DNA of 61,165 nucleotides, counting the filler. It is 4 parts of 4 records of this genome, joined end to end, with 100 filler letters (N's around TTAATTAATTAA, not from the genome) between each part and the next. Parts side by side here need not be neighbours in the genome. Positions count along the whole stretch, not along the records: positions 1 to 29,927 come from DRR723986_11140; positions 30,028 to 43,829 come from DRR723986_11146; 2 more parts are not named here. The stretch is one strand, 5' to 3'. The notes beneath the pieces were generated by a model. The model was not told where the DNA came from. It saw only the letters and a program-made list of their open reading frames with translations, and did no database searches. This document shows positions 27,102 to 37,855 of the stretch, one piece after another (position 1 is the stretch's first letter; every line of letters begins with the position of its first letter). Position numbers and translations under genes: made by a program.

Positions 27102-29927
27102 ATGCACAATGCACATTTTTTTTCAGCAATACGGTTACTGGTTGCTCTGCTCGTGTTCGTGGTGGTTTCGCAGACGGGGCGCGCAGCTCCTGCTGGTGGC
27201 CTGGTTAGCTCCGGTACGGCGACCATTATCGCAACGGATCCAGCCACTACTTACATTGATCAGTCCAGTAGACGCGCAATTATTAGCTGGGATTCCTTTG
27301 ATATTGCTGATGGTGAAACAGTCCACTTCCGTCACAAAATGGGCTCTGATTCCGCCACCTTGAATAGAATTTCAGCGTTGAGCGGGGCGAGCTCTATCGA
27401 TGGAGTTCTGAGCGCGCATGGTTGTGCGACAATGGACTGCGTGCCTGGCGTCTTCACGAAATCAGGGACTATTCTCCTAATAAATCCGAATGGGTTTATC
27501 TTCGGCAGAACCGCACAGGTCAACGTTGGCAGCCTGGTCGCCAGCACTCTCGATGTGTCAGATTCAGCCTTCCTAGACGAGCTTTCTCTTGGTCCGCTGG
27601 TTTTTTCAGGTACGGAAGATTCCATGGCCGCGATAGAGATTCTTGAGGGAGCGAAAATTTCTATCCATGATGCTGGCCTGGCTCTGCTGGCTGCACCACA
27701 GGTACGAAATGCTGGCGTAATTGCCGCAAACCTTGGACAGGTAGCGATGGTTAGCGGTCACTCGTTGACGGTGGATCTGTTTGGCGATGGGTTGATTAAC
27801 ATGGCCGTATCCGGTGCTCAGGGAATCTCTGAAGTCGATCTACAGGCTTCAGGACGATTGCTATCAGGGCAGGGAGGTCTCGTATACCTAACAGCCTCGA
27901 GCGCAGACGGCATTGTTGACGGGGTACTCAATGTAGACGGCCTTATTCAGGCCAGCGGTATAGCGGACGGTGCCGGTACCGTAAACCTTACAGGAGCAAA
28001 TATTAGCATCGGATCTAATGCCCGCATTTCTACCATTGCCGCCAATGCTGAGCAAAATGGAGGAGAGATCACAGCTTCGGGAAGTTTTGTCGATGTTGCG
28101 GCTGGCGCAGTCTTTCAGGCCAAGAAAGTTGACCTTTTTGCAAGTGAGGACCTCGCTCTATCAGGAAGCGTTTCCTTTGAGGTGCCTGTGCTAGAAGCAC
28201 TGTCAAACGATGACGAAACTGTAGGGGCGAGTGTGGCGCTGCGCTCGGGCGGAACAATCACCGGATCGGGTAGTGTGCTAACACACGGAGGGCGTTTAAA
28301 AGTTGAGGCTTCAGGCGATATCTCTTTAGGGAGCGTCACACAGTCCGCTATTGGTGACCTAGACCCTATGGCCGGAAATTATGCTGAGGAGCTAGCTAAG
28401 GCGCAGTCATCAGAGTTGTCTATCTCGTCAATTTCGGGTTCTAGTCTCACTGCAGGCAATCTACAGACCTCAGGAAGTGTTTCAATTTCCACGCCGGGGA
28501 ATACGGCGGTTGGCTCGGTAACAGGAGCCACAAGCTTCGTCGCCAGCGCTGGCGCTTTTACAGCCGGAAGTGTGGTTGACAACGACGGGTACCCAGGATC
28601 CTCGGGGTCAAAAATATCGACTCGTGACCTGGTCGACATAACAGCAACCGACGGTGATCTGGTGCTTAATGGTGACGTGTCCTCCCAGAACATACTCTTA
28701 AGCGCAGGGGGTGATGTTTATCTACCTGGCTTGATTAGTGCGCAATCTGCGGAAGGTGCTCCGGATAGTTCAACAGTATCGATATCTACAAATAACAACG
28801 TTTACGTTGGGAGGCTTTTGACACGAACTGACGAGAGCAATGTAACTGAGTACGAATTCTTTGAACCCCAAGCCATCTATAGCAATTTTTCTGCTTCAGA
28901 ATCGCCTTTGGCTGGTGATGTGCCAAGCAGTATCGACTTTGTGTTCTACAGTACTCAACGTGGCATCTCGGAGAAGTCGGAATTTACGTTAAGTGAATCC
29001 CGCAATGAGTACACGCTAGTCCAATGGAAGAAGGAATCGAGCGCAGAAGGAGACGTCTTTAAGATTGAGTATTCGCCCATTCTAGACGGAGACACAGGTG
29101 TTTATGACTCGACCATGGAGGAGTGGGCCACGAACAATTTCCAGAGCCTTTACGATATTGGAGTTGCGCTGAATGTTGGCGTTTCTGATGAAGGCTATTT
29201 CTTTCTGCTCGACTTAGGCGAAGACGCACGGACTTTTCCAGGCGGGATGGCCGGGGGTGGAGATCCCTCGGAGAGCGCAGACACATATTCACTTCCTGGT
29301 TATTTCAGCGGAGGATGCTTCGAGATAGATGGCTGTAATCCAAATACGACCGACAAGGGCCTGGCGGAGCTAGTAGCTTACGGTGCAGGTTTGGATGGAG
29401 ACAGCCGCTACGTTGCTGTGGGCGCAGATGGGGTCTGCTGTCAATCGGGCGTTAACGTTCTTTCCTCGCCCGACTCAAAAACGTTCCTGCGTGATAGTTT
29501 TGAAATTTTTCTTTTCGTAGATTACTTCGACACAATTGTAGAAGGAGACAGTATATTTATCAGTGAGTCCGCAACTGTCAATGTCGAGTTTCCCGGAGAT
29601 TTCTTTGTTGAAGAGGCTCTGTTGTTCGATGATAGACAGGCTCGTATCGCTAGGTTCATCCAAAGAGAAGGAGCTAGCGAGGTAATTACCAGCTATCCAG
29701 ACGTCATCTGTAATAGCGGCTCCAACTGCTTCAATATCGTTGACAACAGAGACTTTGCTCCCCCGCAGTTCCCCACTCTCACTGGCGGTGCTCAGGGAAC
29801 TGGATTCGAAAATGAATTTTCCGCACCCAATCCTTACTTTTCTGATGTGCAGGGATCGACGACCGTGGCGGTGATTGAACCGCCTGTCGGTGATGGAGGT
29901 GGTGATACTGGCGGTGGCGATACCGGT
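27102..29927 (+). CDS. Filamentous haemagglutinin-like TpsA exoprotein (3' truncated by contig end)
   Basis: Signal peptide, TPS domain (ISWDSFDI, LNRI, LINPNGFIFG), Ser/Gly-rich beta-helix; ends in GGGDT repeats at the gap. Confidence 0.88.
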
Positions 29928-30027
29928 NNNNNNNNNNNNNNNNNNNNNNNNNNNNNNNNNNNNNNNNNNNNTTAATTAATTAANNNNNNNNNNNNNNNNN
30001 NNNNNNNNNNNNNNNNNNNNNNNNNNN
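29928..30027. other. Artificial contig spacer
   Basis: 100 bp: N run, TTAATTAATTAA (stops in all frames), N run. Confidence 0.98.
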
Positions 30028-30028
30028 G

Positions 30029-30757
30029 TGTTTCGTGGTCTGGCGGCGGATGGCCTATTTTGGCGATGCAACCGCCCATGCCTCGATCATGGGTGTTGCC
30101 CTCGCGCTCAGCTTTTCGATGTCCATTTTCGTGGGCGTGTTGGCAGTGTGCTTGATCATGGCGACGACAATCTCAACGCTCAGCGGGCGTGGATATGCGA
30201 TGGACACCCTGCTGGGGGTTGTCGCCCACTCTTCGCTTGCGATTGGCCTGATCGCGGTATCGCTCATCCAAGATGTGCGCGTCGATCTGATGTCATACCT
30301 ATTCGGCGACATTTTAGCGGTAAACAAAATAGATCTGATGGTGATCTGGGGGGGGGCCGCATTGGTGCTTGCCCTGATCTGGTGGCGCTGGTCTGGCCTG
30401 TTGCTCTCGACGCTGAACCCTGACCTTGCACGTGCCTCCGGCATTGACCCCAAGCGGGAACAATTGATTCTGACACTGGCCCTGTCTGTGGTCGTCGCCG
30501 TTGCGATCAAAGTGGTGGGTGTGCTGCTGATTGCCGCGATGCTGATCATCCCGGCCGCAACCGCACGGCCCTTTGCCAATACGCCCGAGCGGATGGTTGT
30601 GATCGCCGCCTGCCTTGGGGGGCTTGCCGCATTGGGCGGGCTTCAGGCGTCATACCATTTCGACACGCCGACCGGGCCATCCATCGTCTGCCTTGCCGCC
30701 ATTTTCTTTACGGCATCCGGCGTGACCCATTGGATAAAAACAAGGCTGCACGCATAA
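30029..30757 (+). CDS. znuB: Zinc ABC transporter permease (5' partial)
   Basis: CFVVWRRMAYFGDATAHAS, LFGDIL, VVGVLLIAAMLIIPAATAR. Confidence 0.9.
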   Translation, partial: CFVVWRRMAYFGDATAHASIMGVALALSFSMSIFVGVLAVCLIMATTISTLSGRGYAMDTLLGVVAHSSLAIGLIAVSLIQDVRVDLMSYLFGDILAVNKIDLMVIWGGAALVLALIWWRWSGLLLSTLNPDLARASGIDPKREQLILTLALSVVVAVAIKVVGVLLIAAMLIIPAATARPFANTPERMVVIAACLGGLAALGGLQASYHFDTPTGPSIVCLAAIFFTASGVTHWIKTRLHA

Positions 30758-30799
30758 TTGCGGGCAGCCCCATAGAAACCGGTTAAGTCAAACGGGCGA

Positions 30800-31180
30800 T
30801 CAGAACCCGTGCATACGTTTGGCCCATTGGTATCCGACGATCAGCCCCTTCATCCGCGGCAACAGGGCCAAGGCACTGCCAACGGCAAGCACCGACATAA
30901 TCAGCGCCAGATCAAGCGGTTCCGGGCGCCATTGGGTGAATGCGATGTGCAACGCAAAGCCCAGAATGTGACCTACGATCAGAATGGTCAGATACGCCGG
31001 ACCATCATCCGCCCGCTGGGGCGTCAGATCCAAACCGCAATTCGAGCAGCTGTCGTTCACTTTGACATAGCTGTGCAACAATTTGCCCTTACCGCAACGC
31101 GGGCACTTCAGCCGCAGCCCCTTTAGGATCGCTGGCTTCACTTCGCGTGCTTCTAATTCCTGCGCGGGTGCGTCCGTCAT
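30800..31180 (-). CDS. DUF983-like membrane protein
   Basis: CPRCGKGKL...CSNCG...RADDGPAY, two TM helices, QWAKRMHGF end; alphaproteobacterial type. Confidence 0.8.
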   Translation of the reverse strand: MTDAPAQELEAREVKPAILKGLRLKCPRCGKGKLLHSYVKVNDSCSNCGLDLTPQRADDGPAYLTILIVGHILGFALHIAFTQWRPEPLDLALIMSVLAVGSALALLPRMKGLIVGYQWAKRMHGF

Positions 31181-31294
31181 CGCATTCTCTCCTTGAGTCG
31201 CGGGATACATAGATTGAACCTACATTGATTGCAATCATTATTGAGTACAATCTGGTTGCAATGTATGGACACCCCCCGTAATGATCGTGCAGCC

Positions 31295-32689
31295 ATGAAA
31301 AATGAGGCCCCCTCCATGACTCACTGGAGCCCAACCCTAAGCGACACCGGCAACCCCCGGTACATCGAAATCGCCGAAGCCATTCGCTCGGACATAGACA
31401 AGGGCACCTTGTCTCCCGGTGACCGGCTTCCGGCACAGCGCGCGGTTGCACAGGTTTTGGGGTTGGACTTTTCCACGGTTTCGCGCGGCTATGCCGAGGC
31501 GGTCCGACGTGGCTACATCGAAAGTTTTGTCGGCCGCGGCACCTTTGTCCGCGCCGTTGAGACAGAAATCGAACACCCCGATCCCAGACGGTCATCGGAA
31601 GAAGACCCGATGATGAACATGCCGCCAGAACCGGATGATCCCGACCTGATCGCCCGAATGCAGCAAGGGCTGTCACATGTGTCGGCGAATCTTGTGCCGC
31701 TTTTGCGATACCAATCTGTCACCGGCAGTCCCCATGATCGCGACATCGCAATCGACTGGATGCAGCAACACGGGCTGGCCCATATCCCGGACCAACTGAC
31801 CATCACCCCCGGCGCGCATGCCAGCCTTTACGCGATCCTGACAATTCTAAGCGAACCGGGCATGACCGTTCTGTGCGAAGACCTGACATACCCCGGCATT
31901 CGATCCATCGCATCCCGGCTTGGCATTCAGCTCGTAGGAGTCACCAGTGACGAGCACGGCATTCTTCCCGATGCACTGGAAGAGCGGATTACCACGCTTT
32001 GGCCCTCGGCCCTGTATCTGAACCCCACATTACAGAACCCGACCACCACCACCATTCCGCCTGAACGCCGCAAAGACATCGCCGCCGTCTTGCGCAAACA
32101 CGATATCTCCCTGATTGAAGATGACGCTTATTGCTTCGTCACACCTGAGGCACCTGTCCCGATCTCTCATTTGATCCCGGATCTGGGTTGGCATATCGCC
32201 GGTCTGTCCAAAGCGTTTGGTGCGGGGCTGCGGCTGGCCTACACCACTGTGCCAAAGCAGGAACTCATGGGGCAGTTTTCCCAAATCCTGCGCAGCATGA
32301 GCGTGATGACCTCACCACTGACGCTGGCCTTGATGGGGCGATGGATCGAAGACGGCACCGCCGCTGAGCTTCAGGTGTTTATTCGAAAAGCAGCAAAAGA
32401 ACGCCAAGATCTGGCCGCATCAATCCTGAAAAACTGTTCGTTTCGCAGTGACCCCTATGCCTTTAACTTGTGGCTCACCCTGCCGTCCGGCACCAGCCGC
32501 GCCGAATTGATGGGGCGCATGGCAACACGGCAGCTGGGCCTGATGCCAAGCGATGCTTTTGCGGTCACATCCGACCCCTTGCCGGAATCTGTGCGGGTAT
32601 GCCTTGGCGGGCCAACCCCGATCCGCCAACTCAAAGAGGATCTGATCGCCCTCAACGATGCGGTCGTGCGCAAAGATTGGCTCGGCTAA
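31295..32689 (+). CDS. MocR/GabR-family regulator (GntR HTH + PLP aminotransferase-like domain)
   Basis: PGDRLPAQR...VSRGY...GRGTFV; NPTLQNPT, IEDDAY, SKAFGAGLR; start 31295 or 31316. Confidence 0.92.
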   Translation: MKNEAPSMTHWSPTLSDTGNPRYIEIAEAIRSDIDKGTLSPGDRLPAQRAVAQVLGLDFSTVSRGYAEAVRRGYIESFVGRGTFVRAVETEIEHPDPRRSSEEDPMMNMPPEPDDPDLIARMQQGLSHVSANLVPLLRYQSVTGSPHDRDIAIDWMQQHGLAHIPDQLTITPGAHASLYAILTILSEPGMTVLCEDLTYPGIRSIASRLGIQLVGVTSDEHGILPDALEERITTLWPSALYLNPTLQNPTTTTIPPERRKDIAAVLRKHDISLIEDDAYCFVTPEAPVPISHLIPDLGWHIAGLSKAFGAGLRLAYTTVPKQELMGQFSQILRSMSVMTSPLTLALMGRWIEDGTAAELQVFIRKAAKERQDLAASILKNCSFRSDPYAFNLWLTLPSGTSRAELMGRMATRQLGLMPSDAFAVTSDPLPESVRVCLGGPTPIRQLKEDLIALNDAVVRKDWLG

Positions 32690-32707
32690 GGCAATTAGCC
32701 GGCCTTA

Positions 32708-32884
32708 TCAGGCGTCTTCGTGACCCTTGAGGATGTACAGGCAATCGCAATACGGGCATTCAACGCGACCGGTATCCTCGGGGATTTGCAACCAAACGCG
32801 GGGATGCCCCAAAGCCCCTTCGCTGCCATCACAGGCAACACGGGCGTTTTCAACAATTTTGGTTTCCGGCGCTTCAATTGTCAT
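32708..32884 (-). CDS. Small zinc-finger (zf-CHCC) protein
   Basis: VACDG...LGHPRVWL...VECPYCD. Confidence 0.85.
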   Translation of the reverse strand: MTIEAPETKIVENARVACDGSEGALGHPRVWLQIPEDTGRVECPYCDCLYILKGHEDA

Positions 32885-32971
32885 CGCTGGCGGTCCTTCT
32901 GGTTGTCGGCCTCGCGGGCATGGATTAGATGCGTTTATGAGCGATGGAATGCATAGGGGCAAGAGCCGCAG

Positions 32972-33904
32972 ATGACACAGGACGCGATCCGGATCCAAGG
33001 GCTAACCAAAACCTATAGCGGCGGGCGCAACCAACCCGAAAAGCACGCACTTAAGGGCATTGACCTAACGGTTCCACGGGGCTCCGTTTTTGGACTGCTC
33101 GGACCAAATGGGGCCGGGAAATCCACGCTGATCAATATCCTTGCGGGTCTGGTCGTCAAATCCAGTGGCTCGGTTACCATCTGGGGCTTTGATCAGGATG
33201 CCAACCCACGCCAATCCCGCGCCTCGATTGGGGTGATGCCACAAGAACTGAACCTTGACCCGTTTTTCACCCCGCGCGGTGCGCTAGAGGTACAGGCGGG
33301 CCTGTATGGCGTGCCAAAAGCACAACGCCGCAGCGATGAAATCCTTGAGATGATCGGCCTGACGGACAAGGCCGAAGCCTATGCCAGAACCCTGTCTGGC
33401 GGGATGCGCCGTCGTCTGTTGCTGGGCAAAGCCTTGGTGCATCGCCCCCACGTTCTGGTGCTTGATGAACCGACCGCAGGCGTTGATATCGGGTTGCGTC
33501 AAATGCTGTGGGCCAATGTGCGCAAGCTGAATGAACAAGGGATGACCATCATCCTGACCACGCACTACCTCGAAGAAGCGCAGGAAATGTGTGATGAGAT
33601 TGCGATCATCAATCAGGGTCAACTGGTGGTCCAAGACAGCACCACCAACCTGCTGGGACGTCTGGACCGGCGCACCATGGTGATTGTCCCCGATGAACCC
33701 ACCACGACGCTGCCACAAGCCGACGGGATTGATGCATCCCTAAGACCCGATGGCGCCATCGCGCTGCACTATCACAGCCAACAGCTAAGCGCCGAACAGG
33801 TGCTCGAGGCCGTGCGTGCGGCAAACATCCGGATTCGCGACGTCAAAACCCAAGAGGCCGATCTGGAAGATGTGTTTCTTGCCCTGACGTCGGGCGCGGC
33901 TTGA
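32972..33904 (+). CDS. ABC-2 type transporter ATP-binding protein
   Basis: GPNGAGKST, LSGGM, LDEPT, TTHY. Confidence 0.93.
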   Translation: MTQDAIRIQGLTKTYSGGRNQPEKHALKGIDLTVPRGSVFGLLGPNGAGKSTLINILAGLVVKSSGSVTIWGFDQDANPRQSRASIGVMPQELNLDPFFTPRGALEVQAGLYGVPKAQRRSDEILEMIGLTDKAEAYARTLSGGMRRRLLLGKALVHRPHVLVLDEPTAGVDIGLRQMLWANVRKLNEQGMTIILTTHYLEEAQEMCDEIAIINQGQLVVQDSTTNLLGRLDRRTMVIVPDEPTTTLPQADGIDASLRPDGAIALHYHSQQLSAEQVLEAVRAANIRIRDVKTQEADLEDVFLALTSGAA

Positions 33905-33933
33905 GGCCTTAGAGCCCCAAGCCGTCACGCAAC

Positions 33934-35469
33934 CTAGGCTTTATCCGGCTGCGCCGGCGCAACATAAGGCAGTCGCGCCTTGGCTTTGGTATCCGCAGCC
34001 CCAGCATTGCGAATATAGCGCTCGTTGTCATCAAGCCGAACAAGCGTCACATAAGACGGCTCTCCGCCTGTGACCTGATGGATCGCCAACCGGCGGGTTT
34101 GGGTTGCCCGGATTTCGGAATACAGCGCCTCGGGGTCCCAGCCGTCGAACAGAATATCTGTCATCTCGCGCTCGATCTCGGCCACCTCGGGCGTTCCGGA
34201 CAGGTTCGTCAATTCCAACGGATCAGCTTCGACATCGTAAAGCAGCGTGTCGCGCCCTTCGAGCCACATGAGTTTCCACTTGCCCTTTTTCACCATCCGG
34301 CTAGGCCCGGTTGACCCATCTGCCGCGAACTCTGAAATGACCACATCCGACAATTGCTCTGCGTGCCCTTCGAGCGCGGGAACCAAAGAGTTGCCATCAC
34401 AGGGCGCGGCATAGTCGGTGAATTTCCCACCCGCAGCCAGATCCAAGAACGTTGGCATCATATCAATGAGCGAAATGTTCTGCGACACGCGGCCCGGCTT
34501 GAACCGTTCGGGTGCCCAAACGATGAATGGAATCCGCGCCGCCCATTCAAAAAAGTGCTGCTTGAACCACATACCGCGCTCGCCCATCATCTCACCATGA
34601 TCGGCGGTAAAGACAACGATCGTATTGTCCGACAACCCCGTGTCACGCAGCACCTGCATGATTTCACCGACCTTGTCGTCGATGTACGAAATCATCCCGT
34701 AATACCCATGTCGCGCCATGCGGCGGTGGTCGTCGGTAACTGTGAACTTGTCACGCGCCTGACAGAAATGCAGATTGCGGCTGAGGTGATCCATGTCATC
34801 CAGCGCGAGCGGCGGCACTGCCGGGCTTTCGATGGCATCGTGATCATAACGGTCCCAATATTCCTGCCCAATCACAAACGGGGAATGCGGGCTGGTAAAG
34901 GAAATCGTCAATTGGAACGGGCGATCATCCCCCTTGCGGGCCAGATCATACAGCGCCTGCTTGCCGTGGAATGCGACTTCGTCATCATAGTCCATCTGCA
35001 ACGTGCGCACGGCAGGGCCGCTTTCGACAATCGGAGCCATGGTCAGGTTTGTGGGCCGATATTCGCGCCCCTTTGACCAATCGACAGTCCAGGCAAAATT
35101 CGCTGGATAAATCTCGGTCGTGTGGCGTTTTTCGTAGCCATGCATTTGGTCCGGGCCCACGAAATGCATCTTGCCGCTCAGCTCTGAGCGATATCCCATT
35201 CCGCGCAGATAATGGCAAAAGGTCGGAATATCCGCATGGAATTCATTCGCATTGTCATACATGCCCATTGCAAACGGCATTTGTCCTGCATGCATCGATG
35301 CCCGAGACGGGCCGCACATGGGCAGGTTGCAATAACAATTCCCAAACACCACACCTTCGTCCGCCAGCGCACGAATATTGGGATCTTTAACCGTCGCATT
35401 GCCATAAGTAGACAGCGCATTCGCCGCCAATTGGTCTGCCTGAATGAGAAGAATGTTAGGGCGGGTCAT
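33934..35469 (-). CDS. Choline-sulfatase-like (BetC-like) sulfatase
   Basis: RPNILLIQADQL, CGPSR formylglycine motif, GKMHFVGPDQ, ADHGEMMGERGMWFK. Confidence 0.85.
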   Translation of the reverse strand: MTRPNILLIQADQLAANALSTYGNATVKDPNIRALADEGVVFGNCYCNLPMCGPSRASMHAGQMPFAMGMYDNANEFHADIPTFCHYLRGMGYRSELSGKMHFVGPDQMHGYEKRHTTEIYPANFAWTVDWSKGREYRPTNLTMAPIVESGPAVRTLQMDYDDEVAFHGKQALYDLARKGDDRPFQLTISFTSPHSPFVIGQEYWDRYDHDAIESPAVPPLALDDMDHLSRNLHFCQARDKFTVTDDHRRMARHGYYGMISYIDDKVGEIMQVLRDTGLSDNTIVVFTADHGEMMGERGMWFKQHFFEWAARIPFIVWAPERFKPGRVSQNISLIDMMPTFLDLAAGGKFTDYAAPCDGNSLVPALEGHAEQLSDVVISEFAADGSTGPSRMVKKGKWKLMWLEGRDTLLYDVEADPLELTNLSGTPEVAEIEREMTDILFDGWDPEALYSEIRATQTRRLAIHQVTGGEPSYVTLVRLDDNERYIRNAGAADTKAKARLPYVAPAQPDKA

Positions 35470-35500
35470 AGCGATCAATCTTATCTGGGATAAAGAGGGA

Positions 35501-35522
35501 CCTGACCGCCGAAGCGGTCAGG
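35501..35522 (-). terminator. Stable C(UUCG)G hairpin between tctC and the sulfatase gene
   Basis: Perfect 9-bp stem CCTGACCGC/GCGGTCAGG, TTCG loop on the minus strand. Confidence 0.6.
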
Positions 35523-35575
35523 CGGGGAGAGACATCACACCGAGAGTCTAAGCCCGGTATGACATCGGGTCTCGT

Positions 35576-36553
35576 TTATCGAACAACCATATCCAGCTGG
35601 TCCGCGATCGTTCGGAACGTGTTGAACTGCTGCTCTACAAAAGCGCGGGTTTCTTCGGGGGACATCACCGCTGGGATAGACCCCAATTTTGCAGTGGCCT
35701 CATTCCAGCTTGCATCGTCTTTGAGGCTGGTCAGCACCGAACCCCACTTGTCGATTGCAGCCTGATCCATGTCACCGGGACCCCAAATGCCCGACCAGCC
35801 AATCACAGAACCCAAGATTGGATGCCCGACTTCGGTCGCGGTCGGCGTGTCAGCAATACGCTCGACCCGATCCGGGGTTGTCACCACCAGCGCGCGCAGC
35901 TGGCCGCTTTCAATACCGCTGGTCAGACCAGACAGATTGTGGAAAATGAAATCCGCATTGCCGTTGATGACTGCGGTTGTCGCCTTGCCGCCCCCTTTGA
36001 AGGGCACGTGAATATGAGCATCTGAATCGACACCCAGATCATTGATCAAAATGAGAGAGGCCATATGCAACAGCGTGCCAACACCTGCCGACGAATAGGT
36101 CAGGCGCTCGCCGCTTTTTAGCGCGTTCGCCAGATCATCAAAGGTTTTATAAGGTGAATCCGCAGCCACAGCGACAGCAAAGGGGTTCATTTCAACGACC
36201 CCCAACATGGTGAATTCATCCCACGTATACGGAATGGTCGCGTTCATTGCAGGGACTGTTGCCTGCGACCCAACCCGCGACATCAAAAGCTGATAGCCGT
36301 TCTTTGGCCCCTTCGCGACCATGGTTGAGCCAGTCACACCAGCCGCGCCTGCCTGATTAACGACAAGCACATTGTTACCAAGGTACTCCGGGGCTTCGTT
36401 GCCGATGATACGCGCAGCAAGGTCCGCCGCGCCGCCGGGTCCATAAGGCACAACCAAGGTTACGGGCTTATTTGGGTATTCGGCCAGCGCCGGGGTTGCA
36501 GTCGCCAGTGCAGCGAATCCCGCAGCCGTGGCCAGGTTCCTTAGCATTCTCAT
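35576..36553 (-). CDS. Tripartite tricarboxylate transporter substrate-binding protein (TctC/Bug)
   Basis: Signal peptide, YPNKPVTLVVPYGPGGAAD, VPFKGGG. Confidence 0.92.
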   Translation of the reverse strand: MRMLRNLATAAGFAALATATPALAEYPNKPVTLVVPYGPGGAADLAARIIGNEAPEYLGNNVLVVNQAGAAGVTGSTMVAKGPKNGYQLLMSRVGSQATVPAMNATIPYTWDEFTMLGVVEMNPFAVAVAADSPYKTFDDLANALKSGERLTYSSAGVGTLLHMASLILINDLGVDSDAHIHVPFKGGGKATTAVINGNADFIFHNLSGLTSGIESGQLRALVVTTPDRVERIADTPTATEVGHPILGSVIGWSGIWGPGDMDQAAIDKWGSVLTSLKDDASWNEATAKLGSIPAVMSPEETRAFVEQQFNTFRTIADQLDMVVR

Positions 36554-36661
36554 TTGGTTACCTCTCTGTTCGCGATGTCTGTTATGTCGTTTTTTTCTTG
36601 GTTATGTCATCGTTCTATGTTATTTACTTACAGTAAGCAAATAAATAAATTGGAAATCCAC

Positions 36662-37855
36662 ATGGCGCGTCCTGCCTCACATCAAGATCAAGGAAGCAAG
36701 AACCGCAGAATGGTCTTGTCCGAAATCCTGCGTCATCCGGGTATTTCCAGAACTGAAATTGGCAAGTCCGTCGGGCTGAATGCAGCAAGCGTTTCGCGCA
36801 TCTCGCGCGACTTGATTGAGGCCGGGTTAGTTAAAGAAGCTGATTCATTTGGTGACAAGAGTCGCCCCGGCCGACGCTTTGTCGGGCTCGCGCCACGTGG
36901 CCAAGGCGGCTTTATCGTTGGCATCGGCATGAATGCGTTTCGTCAATCCGTCACGCTGGCCGATCTGGAAAACCGCAAGATCGCAGAGTGGATCAGCCCC
37001 GAGGCCCCCTCGACCGATGGCGAAGCCTTTATGCGCCTTTGCCTTGAAAAGGCGGACGAAATGGTGCGCGCCCATGTCCCGAACCGGGATCGGTTTTTCG
37101 GTGTCGGGATCGCAATTGCGGCTGAACTAGACAAGGCTAACGGTGAACTGCTCAGCGCGCCCGTATTTGGATGGACCACCCCCATTCGACTGGCAAGCAT
37201 GGTGCGCGATATGCTCAACGTGCCACTGGTGCTCGACACACCTTCGTCAGCGATCAACAAATCCGAAGCGGACATTGGACAAGGGTTAGGTGTCTCTAAC
37301 CTGATCACAGTTCACTGCAGTCTGGGCTTTGGAATCGGTATTCGACAGCTCAACGACGACAACGCAACACTGCAGGAATTTGGACGGGTCTTAATCGAAA
37401 GCAAAGCCCCCGACGGGAGCGGCCGCACCCTGTCAGACGTGTGCGGTGGCATGGCGATTCTGCACAACCTGTTGCGACCTGAAAAAATCGCTGACCGCAC
37501 CGACACCGAACTGGGTGCGATGCTAATCGACATGATCCGGCGGTCGAAAACCGATGCCGGTTTGCGTGATCTGCTGGGCGACATTGGCGGCTTGACCGCT
37601 CAGTATCTGTCTCTGCTTTTCGATCTGTGTCAGCCAGAATGCATCCTGCTTGCGGGGCCGCTGGCAACCTCGCCCGAATATATCGCTGGCTTTACCGATG
37701 CGCTGAACACATCGCTCGCCCGGCCCGCACACATTCCCGAAATCCGGTCTTCGGACCTGACGCCGACCGGCGCAAGCCGATGGCTGGCCCTGCGCGGCAA
37801 TGTTGCGATGGCGGATCTCGATCTAGAGACCTTAAAACTGGAGGATACAGCATGA
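36662..37855 (+). CDS. ROK-family transcriptional regulator (divergent)
   Basis: N-terminal HTH ISRTEIGKSVGLNAASVSRI, GRR motif, ROK-like sugar-kinase fold. Confidence 0.82.
   Translation: MARPASHQDQGSKNRRMVLSEILRHPGISRTEIGKSVGLNAASVSRISRDLIEAGLVKEADSFGDKSRPGRRFVGLAPRGQGGFIVGIGMNAFRQSVTLADLENRKIAEWISPEAPSTDGEAFMRLCLEKADEMVRAHVPNRDRFFGVGIAIAAELDKANGELLSAPVFGWTTPIRLASMVRDMLNVPLVLDTPSSAINKSEADIGQGLGVSNLITVHCSLGFGIGIRQLNDDNATLQEFGRVLIESKAPDGSGRTLSDVCGGMAILHNLLRPEKIADRTDTELGAMLIDMIRRSKTDAGLRDLLGDIGGLTAQYLSLLFDLCQPECILLAGPLATSPEYIAGFTDALNTSLARPAHIPEIRSSDLTPTGASRWLALRGNVAMADLDLETLKLEDTA

Noticed and set aside
29972-29983. TTAATTAATTAA palindrome (three copies in the window)
   Set aside because: Synthetic linker, not biological
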